This document shows, one piece after another, positions 9,099-18,670 of a stretch of DNA of 40,124 nt. Each line of letters begins with the position of its first letter. Position 1 is the first letter of the stretch. The notes beneath the pieces are model-generated. The model saw nothing but the letters and a program-made list of their open reading frames with translations, was not told the DNA's origin and did not search any database. This DNA comes from a virus, in the UHGV virus genome UHGV-2156197; one strand, written 5' to 3'. Position numbers and translations under genes: made by a program.

Positions 9099-9100
9099 GC

Positions 9101-12100
9101 TTATCGGGTTCCTTTCATTGCGTTCCAGATGTCGCCGCCAGGACGGATATCACGCATCACATTCTGCTTGTATCGCTGATCGACGTATCGGCCTACATCA
9201 GAACCGAATTGTTCCAGCCCTGCAGGTGCCTGTGTCGATGTGTTTCCGCTTGAATCGATGGTGATATAAACCTTCGGTGCCGTGTCACCTCCCGCTGCAC
9301 CACTATTTACAGCACGCACACCAAGCGACCCATCCGCGGCTCGGGTTAGCGGCATGATTGCCTCTGGACCAGCCTCCCCCATTACCCCGGCACCTTTTGC
9401 GAAAGCGAAGAATGTAGGGTTATCGACGACCTGACCGCTGTAAGCGCTCAAATCTGATGAGGAATAAACACCGCCTTTAGCGTTGAACTGGAAGTTGCTG
9501 CCATAGTCGGCAATGGCTGTTCCTGAACTGGCTGCCGCGCTGCTACCAACAGCCCCAAATACACTCGAACCTACGCTCATGATGGAGCTCAGAATCGTAT
9601 TGGTTAGCAACGCCTGGGCTGCCATATCGACGAGGTTTTGAATTATCGACTGAGTGAGCGTGGAGAACAGGTTGATCATGCCCTCTTTAAAGGTCTGCGT
9701 TTTAGTCAGCAGCCCCGTCAGGACATTAGTGGTACGCTCACGAGTAGCCTCAACCAGGCCGATAGCCAGATTATTGAAGTCACTCTGTGAGCGATATAAT
9801 TCCAGCGCGGTCTGATACTGTGCATCTGCAGATTCCTTACTGCTTTGCTTCATCAGCATTTCGTACTGGTTCTTACTGATGGCATTACCAGCGTAATACG
9901 CCTGCAACAGCGATTGTCGCTGCGCCAGTTGATTGCGAATCGCAACAAGCGGATCAACATCACCGCCAAGATCAATGCGCGGAGCCGAAAGAGCATCAGC
10001 CTGCGCCTGCAGAATTTGCCGGGAGGTTTCCTGTGACAGTTTCACCCGCGCCGCCATGTATTCCTTCTCAGTGAGCAGGCGGGCATCAAGAAGCGATTTC
10101 AGATCCTGGCTGGCTTCCTTTTCCTGATTGATTGCCGAGCGCGCAGGTGAGTACTGCTCGGCAAGTTCAGCTCGTTGCTTCTGGTAATTCTCAGCATTCA
10201 TTAACAGCGCACGCTGTAGGTCCTGCTGGCTTGCCCCATTTTTACGCGCCGCAGCGATTAGCTTTTCCTGACTGGCTTTCTCCTGGAGATCAATTTTTCC
10301 AAGGCTGGTTGCATGAGCTTCTTCGATTTCCCTGCGCAACTGAAGGTACTGATTAACAGTTTCCTTCTTAGCCTTTTGAGTATCTTCACCGGTCCACGGA
10401 GTAGTAACCCCCTCACCGGCCTTAGCCGTCTCCGCAGTAATAGTTTTGATGTCACTCGCGAGCGATTTGGCTTGATCTGCAATCCCTGTCTGGACCAAGA
10501 AGCGCGCCTTGCTGACGTTCTCAAGATTAGACTGTGTTGTTTCTAACCCCTTATTCACAGATTCGAGATCAGCTTCAGCTCGTTTTTTACTGTCCTCTAC
10601 GCCTTTTTTCTGTCGGAATGGGTCAAAACCTCCGAGGCTATCAAGCCTGCTGTCTGCGTCCTGAATCTCCTTGATAAGCTGGTTACGCTGGGTGACCTGA
10701 TTATCATACTGGTCCTGCAGGTCAATCTGCTTAACGGCCAGCTGTTTATCAGACATCTGCATCAGCGCAGCAGTAGTCTCAATGACAGCATCCTTAAGGT
10801 TAATCGCTGACTGCCGGGCGTCCTTCGCCTGCTGATGAAAATACAGTAGCGCCGAACCTGCCAGCATTGCAGCACCGAACGGCCCACCAACCAGAGCTAA
10901 AGCCCCACGAGCAAGCCCAACTGCAACCGAGGCAGCCCGAGCAGATACTGAGATCTGGCGATTTGCTGCAGCCAGCTGCATTTTCGCTCGGGTTGCCAGA
11001 TTCGTTTGCTCGGTTTCTTCTCGAATTAACCGGTTAAACTCCCCCTGGTAATTAACGTTCAGACCTTGTTGCCTGGCGATCTTCTCCATCTGGCGGTAGT
11101 ACCCAAACTCGGCATCATTTCGCTTAAGTGTGGCGGCAGTTGCTTCAAGCGTTTTGCGTGCACCGTCAGCCTGGGCAGCAGCCGCAGCTTTTACGGCTGC
11201 CTGATTTTGTTGCCAGGCGCTTACGTTTTCGCGAAGACCTGCAGTTAGTTTTGTCGAGAGAACGGGGATCAATGTGTACAAAGCTACGCTTGCAACAGCA
11301 TTGAAATTATCGGTGAGCAGGTTTATTCCATCGGTTACTGACTGAATGCCTGAACGCAGTGGGCCGGTACTGCTTTGACCAATTTTAATGATCATGCCTT
11401 CGAAGGCGCTGGTCAGCCCCATGATGTCGCCATTCAGGTTATTCACGCGAATAGCGGCCTGCTCATGCGCCGTCTGGGTGCCGGTGAGAGCCTGTGTCAG
11501 GGCATCAAGTTTGCTGCGGTTGTCCACCAGCACCGAAGCCGCGTTGATGTTCTCAACGCCGAAGAGCTTCACGGCCTGCGCAGTGGAAAGGTTTTTCTTC
11601 GACAGATTCTCCAGCGCGCCGCTAAGCCCCACAATCGAGGGTTTCAGGGTTTTGTCGGTACCTTTCTCCAGCGCCAGGATCACGTTTCTAAGCGCCGTGC
11701 CTGCTTCGCCGCCTTTGATTTCGCGTTCGGCCAGAACCTGAATTGCTGCATTCAGCGTTTCAAAACCGACTCCTGCCTGTGCAGCGGCCACACCTCCATT
11801 TTTGATAGCTGCGGCGGTATCTGCAATTTCAGAAGCCCCGAACTTGGCACCGGCTGCCAGCACGTTGATGTAGCGATCAGCCTCCTGAGCACCCGCTCCG
11901 AACTGGTTAAGCGAAAGAGCAAGAGTGCGGGTTGCATCAGGTAAAGTTGAGCCTGCGGCCTGAGCAAGCGTAAGCGCGCTCTTTGTCGCCTCAGTAAGCC
12001 CGTCTGCGGTCTGAAGAAGTTCAGGCTTAGCGGATGCCATCAACTTAAGGGCTTCCACCGCCTGACTCGCACTGTATTCAGTGCTTCGCCCCATTTCCTG

Positions 12101-12430
12101 CGCAGCTTCATCAAGCGTCTTTAACTGGGCTCCGGTGGCACCAGTGATAGCCGACAGATCGGACAGGGCCTGTCCATATTCGCGCGTAGTCGTGATGATC
12201 GCGCCGAGCGATAACCCGGCACCGGCAAAGCCCGCCAGACGACCGGCAACTCCCGCGATGGTTTTACCCATTCGGGAATAGGCTTCATCGGTCTTTTTTG
12301 CATCTTCCTGCGCGCTACGATTGAAGCGCCTTGAGGAATTCTCAGCATCACCGTATGCACCCATCAGCTGAGATTTAAAATTGGCTGCGTTGAGATGCAG
12401 CCCGACGGCAAGGGAGGCAACGTCAGCCAT
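9101..12430 (-). CDS. tail tape measure protein
   Basis: About 1110 aa, alpha-helical Ala/Gln-rich, between G/GT and M; track start 12460 is GTG; ATG at 12430 overlaps the T-frame stop (TAATG). Confidence 0.85.
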   Translation of the reverse strand: MADVASLAVGLHLNAANFKSQLMGAYGDAENSSRRFNRSAQEDAKKTDEAYSRMGKTIAGVAGRLAGFAGAGLSLGAIITTTREYGQALSDLSAITGATGAQLKTLDEAAQEMGRSTEYSASQAVEALKLMASAKPELLQTADGLTEATKSALTLAQAAGSTLPDATRTLALSLNQFGAGAQEADRYINVLAAGAKFGASEIADTAAAIKNGGVAAAQAGVGFETLNAAIQVLAEREIKGGEAGTALRNVILALEKGTDKTLKPSIVGLSGALENLSKKNLSTAQAVKLFGVENINAASVLVDNRSKLDALTQALTGTQTAHEQAAIRVNNLNGDIMGLTSAFEGMIIKIGQSSTGPLRSGIQSVTDGINLLTDNFNAVASVALYTLIPVLSTKLTAGLRENVSAWQQNQAAVKAAAAAQADGARKTLEATAATLKRNDAEFGYYRQMEKIARQQGLNVNYQGEFNRLIREETEQTNLATRAKMQLAAANRQISVSARAASVAVGLARGALALVGGPFGAAMLAGSALLYFHQQAKDARQSAINLKDAVIETTAALMQMSDKQLAVKQIDLQDQYDNQVTQRNQLIKEIQDADSRLDSLGGFDPFRQKKGVEDSKKRAEADLESVNKGLETTQSNLENVSKARFLVQTGIADQAKSLASDIKTITAETAKAGEGVTTPWTGEDTQKAKKETVNQYLQLRREIEEAHATSLGKIDLQEKASQEKLIAAARKNGASQQDLQRALLMNAENYQKQRAELAEQYSPARSAINQEKEASQDLKSLLDARLLTEKEYMAARVKLSQETSRQILQAQADALSAPRIDLGGDVDPLVAIRNQLAQRQSLLQAYYAGNAISKNQYEMLMKQSSKESADAQYQTALELYRSQSDFNNLAIGLVEATRERTTNVLTGLLTKTQTFKEGMINLFSTLTQSIIQNLVDMAAQALLTNTILSSIMSVGSSVFGAVGSSAAASSGTAIADYGSNFQFNAKGGVYSSSDLSAYSGQVVDNPTFFAFAKGAGVMGEAGPEAIMPLTRAADGSLGVRAVNSGAAGGDTAPKVYITIDSSGNTSTQAPAGLEQFGSDVGRYVDQRYKQNVMRDIRPGGDIWNAMKGTR

Positions 12431-13031
12431 TACATTAACGCTCTCATTACGGCCGCGCACTGATCGTCAACATTACTGACTGCAGCGGGTGGCGGGTTTT
12501 CAGGAGGTGGCCCACTCTCCTCGCCTGGACGGCTGATGGCACCAGTACGCAGGAAATACGCGCGCCAGTGGTAGAGAGTGTCTACCGGGAGTGAAGCTAT
12601 CTTTGATGGATCGGGCTCGCCCCAGCGGTCAGCCAGCCAGAAAATCAGCTCAAGCCAGGGCGAGTTGGTTAGTTTTTTTCCGCATCCTCAAGTTTACCAA
12701 GGGCATGCTTTTTCACGGTGGCAATAGCTTCAAGCAGCGCCACGTTGTCATGTGCCTGCAGCAACTCCGATGCGGTGGGCTTGTCTTCAACTGAGATTGG
12801 ACTGCCGTCGGGCTGAACCAGACAATCGACAATCAACTGCACGCTTAGTTCTGAGGCTTTACGAGCATCTTCGGCAATCTGGCTGTCACGCAGCGCTTCT
12901 TCATGATCGATGAGTTCACCCGCCGTCATGCGACGAAGATAAACGGTCGTGCCAAAGATTTCGGCAGTAATAATGGCGCTTTTAGGTTTCAGAAGAGCAG
13001 ATTTCAATGCTGAGACATCGATGGCGGACAT
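12430..13031 (-). CDS. tail assembly chaperone G-T fusion made by programmed -1 frameshift
   Basis: After the slip the -1 frame is open for 79 codons (12668 down to stop TAA at 12432-12430) with no in-frame start; hand-translated, no stops. Confidence 0.55.
12669..13031 (-). CDS. tail assembly chaperone G
   Basis: 120 aa acidic protein directly upstream of the tape measure gene; ends GCG GAA AAA AAC TAA. Confidence 0.75.
   Translation of the reverse strand: MSAIDVSALKSALLKPKSAIITAEIFGTTVYLRRMTAGELIDHEEALRDSQIAEDARKASELSVQLIVDCLVQPDGSPISVEDKPTASELLQAHDNVALLEAIATVKKHALGKLEDAEKN
12672..12678 (-). other. slippery heptamer A_AAA_AAC for the G/GT -1 frameshift
   Basis: X_XXY_YYZ heptamer sits on the last sense codons of G immediately before its TAA. 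Confidence 0.55.
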
Positions 13032-13050
13032 AGTTTTTCCTGAGAATTAG

Positions 13051-13076
13051 ATAATAAAAAGCCGCCAGAAGGCGGC
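13051..13076 (-). terminator. rho-independent terminator after the major tail gene
   Basis: GCCGCC-AGAA-GGCGGC preceded on plus by ATAATAAAAA (T-run on the coding strand), 20 nt after the major tail stop. Confidence 0.6.
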
Positions 13077-13095
13077 TAATGAATGGTTTCGGGAA

Positions 13096-13548
13096 TCAGC
13101 TGCCAGCTGCGGTACCCCAGGTGATGTTGTTCTGTTTTCCCTGAACAGTGATTTGAATGACTTCACTTGCCGGGGCAGTAATTTCATTCATCTGCCAGCC
13201 AGACAGGGCCAGAATCATGTTCGCCGTTCGACCATTTGGCAACTCAACGTAAAACTGTACGGTTTCCCGGTTCTCTGCTGCGTTGAGGAAATCAGCAAAG
13301 TCCTGGTTGGCTGGATCGTCAATAAAGCCCAGAGATTTTTCAGGTCCTTCAGGCAGGTCAGAGATAAACTGTTTACTGGTATCGATCAGCGTAGTGCAGT
13401 CCACAAAACTGCCCGTCTGTCCTGTAGCGCCCAGCGCTCTACAGTTAATGAGTGGTTTCATTGTTGCTACGTTGCTGCCCGCAGCCCCCCACATAACGAC
13501 GGTGCCAGCAGGCAGCATCGCGTACTCTGGCGAAGTTTTATCAGCCAT
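13096..13548 (-). CDS. major tail (tube) protein
   Basis: 150 aa; position immediately upstream of G/GT and followed by a terminator, as for lambda V-type genes; call by synteny. Confidence 0.65.
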   Translation of the reverse strand: MADKTSPEYAMLPAGTVVMWGAAGSNVATMKPLINCRALGATGQTGSFVDCTTLIDTSKQFISDLPEGPEKSLGFIDDPANQDFADFLNAAENRETVQFYVELPNGRTANMILALSGWQMNEITAPASEVIQITVQGKQNNITWGTAAGS

Positions 13549-13580
13549 AATTTCTCTCTCTTTGAAGGTGGCAGCGAGCG

Positions 13581-13985
13581 CTACCGGTGGTTTTCAATGC
13601 GATCGCGTATTTCTATCGCAAGGATGCGGAGAACTTTCGCTTTCTGATAATCCAGCGCCGGACGAATGAAGGGACTGGCGACCTGCTTCACGGTGCCCAT
13701 CTCCTGTGCCAGCGCTTTGATGAAGTGTTTTTTGCTCGGGCCAACGCGGAGATAAACAACCGCATTTCCTTTAGCTTTCGAAGAAGAGGAGCGGATTTTT
13801 ATAGAATCGCGCATGTGCTCATCTTTTGCCGATTCGTCATATCCAGCATGCGCTTTCATATCCTCCAGAACAGGCTCAAGAGCCGCTTTCCCGGCATCCC
13901 GCAAAACCTGCGTACCAACCTTTTCACCAAGGGCAAGTAGCTGACGCTCGAGTTCCTGAAGCCCTTTTACTTCCATGCGGATCAT
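13581..13985 (-). CDS. HK97 gp10-family tail component
   Basis: 134 aa starting MIRMEVKGLQELERQL, typical of the HK97 gp10-like family. Confidence 0.65.
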   Translation of the reverse strand: MIRMEVKGLQELERQLLALGEKVGTQVLRDAGKAALEPVLEDMKAHAGYDESAKDEHMRDSIKIRSSSSKAKGNAVVYLRVGPSKKHFIKALAQEMGTVKQVASPFIRPALDYQKAKVLRILAIEIRDRIENHR

Positions 13986-13987
13986 GA

Positions 13988-14371
13988 TTACTCCTCATAA
14001 AAATAAAGTACGTAATCGCGGATTAGCCGATACTGGACCTGGTTACTTGTCAACGTGGTTTTATCCTGCAGGATATTGCCGCGCTGAACATACTGAACCG
14101 GATAGCCCTCAAGTGTGCCGTGGGTAATCTTTTTCCATTCAGCCCAGACGGCTTTATCCAGCTGAACCAGCCCGGTGTAGTCATTCACTTTGTACATCGA
14201 GATTTGGAAGCGGCCAGCGATAAGCCCTGTACGGACCATGCCAGTTTCAATTTCAGGATCAGAGATACGTTGGAACGTCACACCGTTCTGCTCACTATCA
14301 GGAAGCAGCAACGGATAAACCGACATACCAGACAGGCGTTCCAGGGCGGTTTTAATTGCCTGCTCTATCAT
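13988..14371 (-). CDS. hypothetical neck / tail completion protein
   Basis: Track ORF begins further upstream (14518); trimmed to ATG 14371 (MIEQAIKTALERL...), which overlaps the upstream gene's stop by 20 bp. Confidence 0.45.
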   Translation of the reverse strand: MIEQAIKTALERLSGMSVYPLLLPDSEQNGVTFQRISDPEIETGMVRTGLIAGRFQISMYKVNDYTGLVQLDKAVWAEWKKITHGTLEGYPVQYVQRGNILQDKTTLTSNQVQYRLIRDYVLYFYEE

Positions 14372-14696
14372 GGCGGTTATCTCTCTCAGCTGTAATGACA
14401 GTGCGATCGGACTGGCTACAGTCGGCAGCCCGCACGGTATAGACCTCATCACCCCAGACGATTTTCCAGTCGGTTTGAACATCCTTACGGGATCTGATGG
14501 TAAACAGCCAGGTTTCAACTACCTGCTGCTGGTCAAGGGTGCGGATTTTTCGGTTAGATACGTTTTCTGCCTTTGCCCATACAGTCGCAACATCCACCGT
14601 AATTGACGGGAGTGGCTCGCCAAGCGATCCTCGCTGAGTTTCCAGCTTCTCTAATCTGATGCGTTTATTAAGCTCGCCAGCACGTAAAGAACTCAT
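14352..14696 (-). CDS. head-tail adaptor (head-tail joining family)
   Basis: 114 aa, MSSLRAGELNKRIRLEK... pattern of head-tail joining proteins. Confidence 0.7.
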   Translation of the reverse strand: MSSLRAGELNKRIRLEKLETQRGSLGEPLPSITVDVATVWAKAENVSNRKIRTLDQQQVVETWLFTIRSRKDVQTDWKIVWGDEVYTVRAADCSQSDRTVITAERDNRHDRAGN

Positions 14697-15019
14697 AGGC
14701 CATAAATCCTATAAGGCTGAAGAAGGGCTTCGACAGCGAGAGGAACCTGAGCCACAGTTTCACCAATGACGACGGATTCACGATTGGCGTACCAGTGTCC
14801 GATCAGCAGTAACATGGCCGCCTTCACATCGTCATTAAGAAGAATCGAGTCCGGGTCGTCTGCGTAGCCAGGGGAGCTTTGATTTTCATAGAGCGTTCGC
14901 CTTGTCCATGTCTGGACGTACCGGGCTGCCGCACCGGTGTATAAAGTCAGCAGGGCATCGTCTCCGGAAAAATCGGTATCAATGCGGCAGTGCTGTTTCA
15001 CCACATCAAGATCGACCAT
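14693..15019 (-). CDS. gp6-like head-tail connector protein
   Basis: 108 aa; VKQHCRIDTDFSGDDALLTLY... matches the gp6-like connector pattern. Confidence 0.7.
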   Translation of the reverse strand: MVDLDVVKQHCRIDTDFSGDDALLTLYTGAAARYVQTWTRRTLYENQSSPGYADDPDSILLNDDVKAAMLLLIGHWYANRESVVIGETVAQVPLAVEALLQPYRIYGL

Positions 15020-15243
15020 TATTTTTTCGCCTTTTTTTCCGCTTTTACTTCGGGCTGTTCCTGCTGCTGTTCCTGCTGCTGTTCCTGCTGCTGTTCCTGC
15101 TCTGCAGGATTTTCTGATTCATCGAGCATCGCATAGCCTTTTTTGATGAGCTCGCGACCGTGCTGTTCCAGAGTTTCCAGCGGAAGCCCCTCAGTAACGA
15201 CGGTACCGCCGAAATAAATCGGTTTAAGTGCAATCAGTTTCAT
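15019..15243 (-). CDS. small head-module protein with (EQQQ)n repeat
   Basis: 74 aa, ATG start, coupled to neighbours; C-terminal EQEQQQEQQQEQQQEQ plus lysine-rich tail. Confidence 0.5.
   Translation of the reverse strand: MKLIALKPIYFGGTVVTEGLPLETLEQHGRELIKKGYAMLDESENPAEQEQQQEQQQEQQQEQPEVKAEKKAKK
15055..15102. repeat. 12-bp tandem repeat CTGCTGCTGTTC, three full copies with partial flanking copies
   Basis: Perfect copies at 15061-15072, 15073-15084, 15085-15096; in frame, encoding EQQQ units. Confidence 0.8.
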
Positions 15244-15282
15244 TTTCCCACCTGTAATAGCGGCCCGAAGGCCGCTATTTCA

Positions 15283-16494
15283 TCAGCTACCAGCGCCAGT
15301 GCGGAATGCACCGTATACAAATGCTTCAGGGCGTTTGACGGCCAGCGCCAGACGTTCCTCGCAACGGATGGTGATCATGTTTTTCTCGAAGTCGTCGGCG
15401 TTCTCCGTGGAGATAACAACGTTCGCATCTTCGCGGTCGAAGATTTGCGCGCCAGCGTTGAAAGCACCAGTCAGGAATTTACCCTGGAAGGCTGCCGCTT
15501 CCGTGGCAACAACCGGCAAGCCCCACAGCGTCGGACCAGTCAGCGCTGCAGGGTTAGCCAGGATGTAGCGGCCCAGGCTATCTTTCGTCAGCTCGATCCG
15601 TGCCCAGTCAATGAAGTGAAGAACGTGGCCGGATGCCGGGAAGCGCGCCAACTGTGCCTGCAGCATTGCCAGACGCAGATCGTCAATACCGCTCTGCTGT
15701 TCAACAGTAAACGCCGGGTTAAACGCTGACGCCTGAGGAACGATGCCATGCAGATGCACACCGGTGCCGTCACCGAAGAGAATTTCCTGCTCTTCCGCGT
15801 ACTTCAGTCCGTAGCGCATTTCGGCATCAACGGTTGACTGCAGCTGTGCGAAATCATCCAGGATCTGCTTGGAGGCTTTGAACAGGTGAGCGATGGTGCT
15901 GACGCCAGTGATTTTCGGCGTAAACTCAATGTCGCTGTAGGGTTTCTGCGTATTCTCAGGAACCACTTTCGCGTTATTGGTAAAACCCGTCTGCTGCACC
16001 CAGAAAATAGCCGGGGAGGAAGTGCGGCCAGGAGCAATCAGATCGCGAATGAACAGGCGTTGTTTTGGTGCCGTATCGATGCCAGGAATTCGCTGGGGTT
16101 CGACAACACCATCAAGCACATCCGCAGAAGTCAGTGCCGCCTTAACCGGGATACTGATACGTTTTCCACCTTCCACGCCGGAGGCAAAGGTTTTCAGCGC
16201 TTCAGCAGAGATCACCTGCTGGCCGATTGATTCCACAACATGCTTCGCGTTTGCCAGCGGCATCTGGGCAACATGTTGCTCCAGTTCTCCCATAGCTGCC
16301 TTCAACGTTTTTTCTGCCTCACGCAGGGCGTTGAACTCAGAAGCCATTTTATCGACGGCCGCCTTTGTTTCTTCTGAAAGCTTGCCGGACTTCTGCGCCT
16401 CCTTCACTGCTTCTTCTGCTTTCGCGTTGAACTTGCCGGTTGCCTCTTCAATGCTGGCGGTGACTTTTTTCAGAATATCGTTTACTTCAGACAT
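15283..16494 (-). CDS. major capsid protein (HK97 fold, with N-terminal scaffolding delta domain)
   Basis: 403 aa; coiled-coil N-terminus then HK97-type capsid region; follows the prohead protease. Confidence 0.85.
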   Translation of the reverse strand: MSEVNDILKKVTASIEEATGKFNAKAEEAVKEAQKSGKLSEETKAAVDKMASEFNALREAEKTLKAAMGELEQHVAQMPLANAKHVVESIGQQVISAEALKTFASGVEGGKRISIPVKAALTSADVLDGVVEPQRIPGIDTAPKQRLFIRDLIAPGRTSSPAIFWVQQTGFTNNAKVVPENTQKPYSDIEFTPKITGVSTIAHLFKASKQILDDFAQLQSTVDAEMRYGLKYAEEQEILFGDGTGVHLHGIVPQASAFNPAFTVEQQSGIDDLRLAMLQAQLARFPASGHVLHFIDWARIELTKDSLGRYILANPAALTGPTLWGLPVVATEAAAFQGKFLTGAFNAGAQIFDREDANVVISTENADDFEKNMITIRCEERLALAVKRPEAFVYGAFRTGAGS

Positions 16495-16503
16495 AAAGGG
16501 TCC

Positions 16504-17352
16504 TTATTTGACTAACGCCGCCAGGGCGCTTTCAAGTGAATTGATGGTTTCAGGTTTGATATCTTCGGCAGCGCCCGGCGTACCTTCGTGGGTGGTGACA
16601 GCGCCAGGCATGCCACCGGATAAGGCTTTAATAAGTTTTCTGCGCTCAGAGCGCGGGGTGTTGGTCTTGGCCAGCAATGCATCAAGTTTGCGAAGCGCGG
16701 CTGCAGGCGATTCGTCGCCGTCGCTGACCGCATCAGCAGAAAGCAAGCTATCTGCCAGTCCCTTCGCCACAGCATCACTGCCAACGATATAGCTTTCCGC
16801 GTCCATCAGCTTCTGCACGGCGGCCATATCAAGGCCGGAGCGCGCCGCGTAGATGTCAGCCATAGCGGTATCGAAGGGTTCCAGTGACTGTGCCAGTTCT
16901 GCAAAATCATGGCGGTTTCCCATCGCGTATACCCAGCAGTTGTGGATCATCAGGAAGGCACCCCGGCCAATCTGAATATCATCCCCGGCCATCGCAATTA
17001 TCGAGGCGGCGCTGGCGGCAATGCCCAGTACCTTCACCGTTACACTGCCTTCGTATTCGCGGAGCAGGTTATAAATAGCCAGACCTTCGAACATATCGCC
17101 GCCCGGTGAGTTGATATTCACCGTGACGTCGGCGCCGTTCATAGCCCGAAGCGCACCGGCAATACGTTTAGCTGTTACCCCTTCGCCCCAATAGTCCTGT
17201 CCGATCACATCAAAAACAGAAATGCTGTTATCGTCGGTGGCCGCCGCTTTGATCCCGCCGTCCCAGCGGTCCAGTGCAGACGGTAATGTTTCACAGGTAA
17301 CGCGCGCGCAGGGGCGACCCGCCGGTGCTACCGGAAGTTGTTTTTTGCTCAT
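16504..17352 (-). CDS. prohead maturation protease (ClpP-like)
   Basis: 282 aa; INSPGGDMFEGLAIYN and GIAASAASIIAMAGD blocks typical of ClpP/S14-type head proteases. Confidence 0.8.
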   Translation of the reverse strand: MSKKQLPVAPAGRPCARVTCETLPSALDRWDGGIKAAATDDNSISVFDVIGQDYWGEGVTAKRIAGALRAMNGADVTVNINSPGGDMFEGLAIYNLLREYEGSVTVKVLGIAASAASIIAMAGDDIQIGRGAFLMIHNCWVYAMGNRHDFAELAQSLEPFDTAMADIYAARSGLDMAAVQKLMDAESYIVGSDAVAKGLADSLLSADAVSDGDESPAAALRKLDALLAKTNTPRSERRKLIKALSGGMPGAVTTHEGTPGAAEDIKPETINSLESALAALVK

Positions 17353-17365
17353 CAGGAAAGTGCTC

Positions 17366-18670
17366 CTAAGCGGCCTGTTTCAGCGGAGATTGTTCAAAGG
17401 AAATATCGGGGAATACGTGGTTATGCAGCTCTCGCAGGGCCAGGGCCTGAACAGCAGGGTTGCTGCTTTCGAGATTTTTCAGTTGCGTCAGGTTGAGCTG
17501 AACGGTGTAAATATCTCCCCCTTCAATTGGCGGCATGTTCTCAAGACGACGAACGTCATTACGGGACATCCAGCCATTCTGAAGCGCGCTGGTATAGTAT
17601 GCCGCGCGACCGGCACTATCGGCTCGCAGTAGACCTTCAACAGAGAATTCTGCAAACACTTCGTCATCGCTGTCGAGTAAGCACCGGCCAATTTCCTGCT
17701 CAATATTCACCAGCAGCGGTCGAAGAGTATGAGTCAGGAACTGCAGGTTCATACCCTCGAGGCTGGATGCCCAGCTGCTTTGTTTCGTGGTGTGGCCAAC
17801 CATGAAAGGAGGTACACGAAACCAGCGGCAGATTTCCTCAATACTGAAAGAGCGGCTTTCCAGCATCTGGGCGTCTTCCGGATTCATGGTAACGCCCTGA
17901 TACTTCAATCCGCCTTCAAGTACCATGATTTTCCCGGCGTTTTTTGAACCGGTAAATGCAGCCATGTAGCTACGGAGTCTTTCACGTTGTTCGTCACTCA
18001 GCGCATTATCAGCGGAGAGAAAACCTGAACTCTGAAGCCCCTGTTCAAATATCTTCGCAGCAGACTCCTCAACCGCCATTGCTGAACCGATCACATCCCG
18101 TCCGGTTTTCATCGGCATCATGCCGCAAACACCGTCCAGACCGAACCCGCGAATGTGCATGATGTTTTTGACGGAAATGACGCGCTCGCTACCGTTTTCA
18201 GTGTATTTGTATTCCAGCGCCCCGGAAGTGAGACGTTTAACCACCATGTTCTGCGGCAGCAAAGGCACCAGCGAAACCAGGCGATTTGCGATGAATTTCT
18301 TCTCAATGAAGGCGTTCCCGCGCAGGCAGATACTGGCGACCACCATCAACATAAAGCGTGATGGCGTCATTTCTGAATTGGGACGGCGGCACAGTATCGA
18401 ATAGGCAGGGTGATCGGTTGCTGCTTTTCGTGAACCGTCAGGCTGTCGAATGTATATTTTCAGCGGAAGGGTTGAAATAGACTCACTTAACAGCCTTACG
18501 CATGCCCACACAGCCGATAGCTGAATGGCTTTATCGGCCGTTACCACCTTTCCGCTGCTGCTGGTACCAAACCATTCCTCCCAGAACGAGCCGGTAGTGA
18601 GGCTGATAGGCACACCGAGCCAGTTAAGCAGAGCGCTTTTCACCCTGCCAGGCTGTTTGTTTTTTTTCAT
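17366..18670 (-). CDS. portal protein (HK97 family)
   Basis: 434 aa between terminase and protease; HK97 portal family features. Confidence 0.85.
   Translation of the reverse strand: MKKNKQPGRVKSALLNWLGVPISLTTGSFWEEWFGTSSSGKVVTADKAIQLSAVWACVRLLSESISTLPLKIYIRQPDGSRKAATDHPAYSILCRRPNSEMTPSRFMLMVVASICLRGNAFIEKKFIANRLVSLVPLLPQNMVVKRLTSGALEYKYTENGSERVISVKNIMHIRGFGLDGVCGMMPMKTGRDVIGSAMAVEESAAKIFEQGLQSSGFLSADNALSDEQRERLRSYMAAFTGSKNAGKIMVLEGGLKYQGVTMNPEDAQMLESRSFSIEEICRWFRVPPFMVGHTTKQSSWASSLEGMNLQFLTHTLRPLLVNIEQEIGRCLLDSDDEVFAEFSVEGLLRADSAGRAAYYTSALQNGWMSRNDVRRLENMPPIEGGDIYTVQLNLTQLKNLESSNPAVQALALRELHNHVFPDISFEQSPLKQAA

Noticed and set aside
9845-12281. Plus-strand ORFs (for example 11375-11944, 11388-11741) inside the tape measure gene
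   Set aside because: Antisense to a conserved structural gene; compositional artefacts of GC-rich coding DNA.
15055-15102. Possible CRISPR-like repeat
   Set aside because: Contiguous 12-bp tandem repeat without spacers, in frame inside a coding sequence; not a CRISPR array.
15977-16792. 271-aa plus-strand ORF spanning the capsid and protease genes
   Set aside because: Antisense to two strongly supported genes and crosses their boundary; low-complexity Ser/Ala-rich translation.
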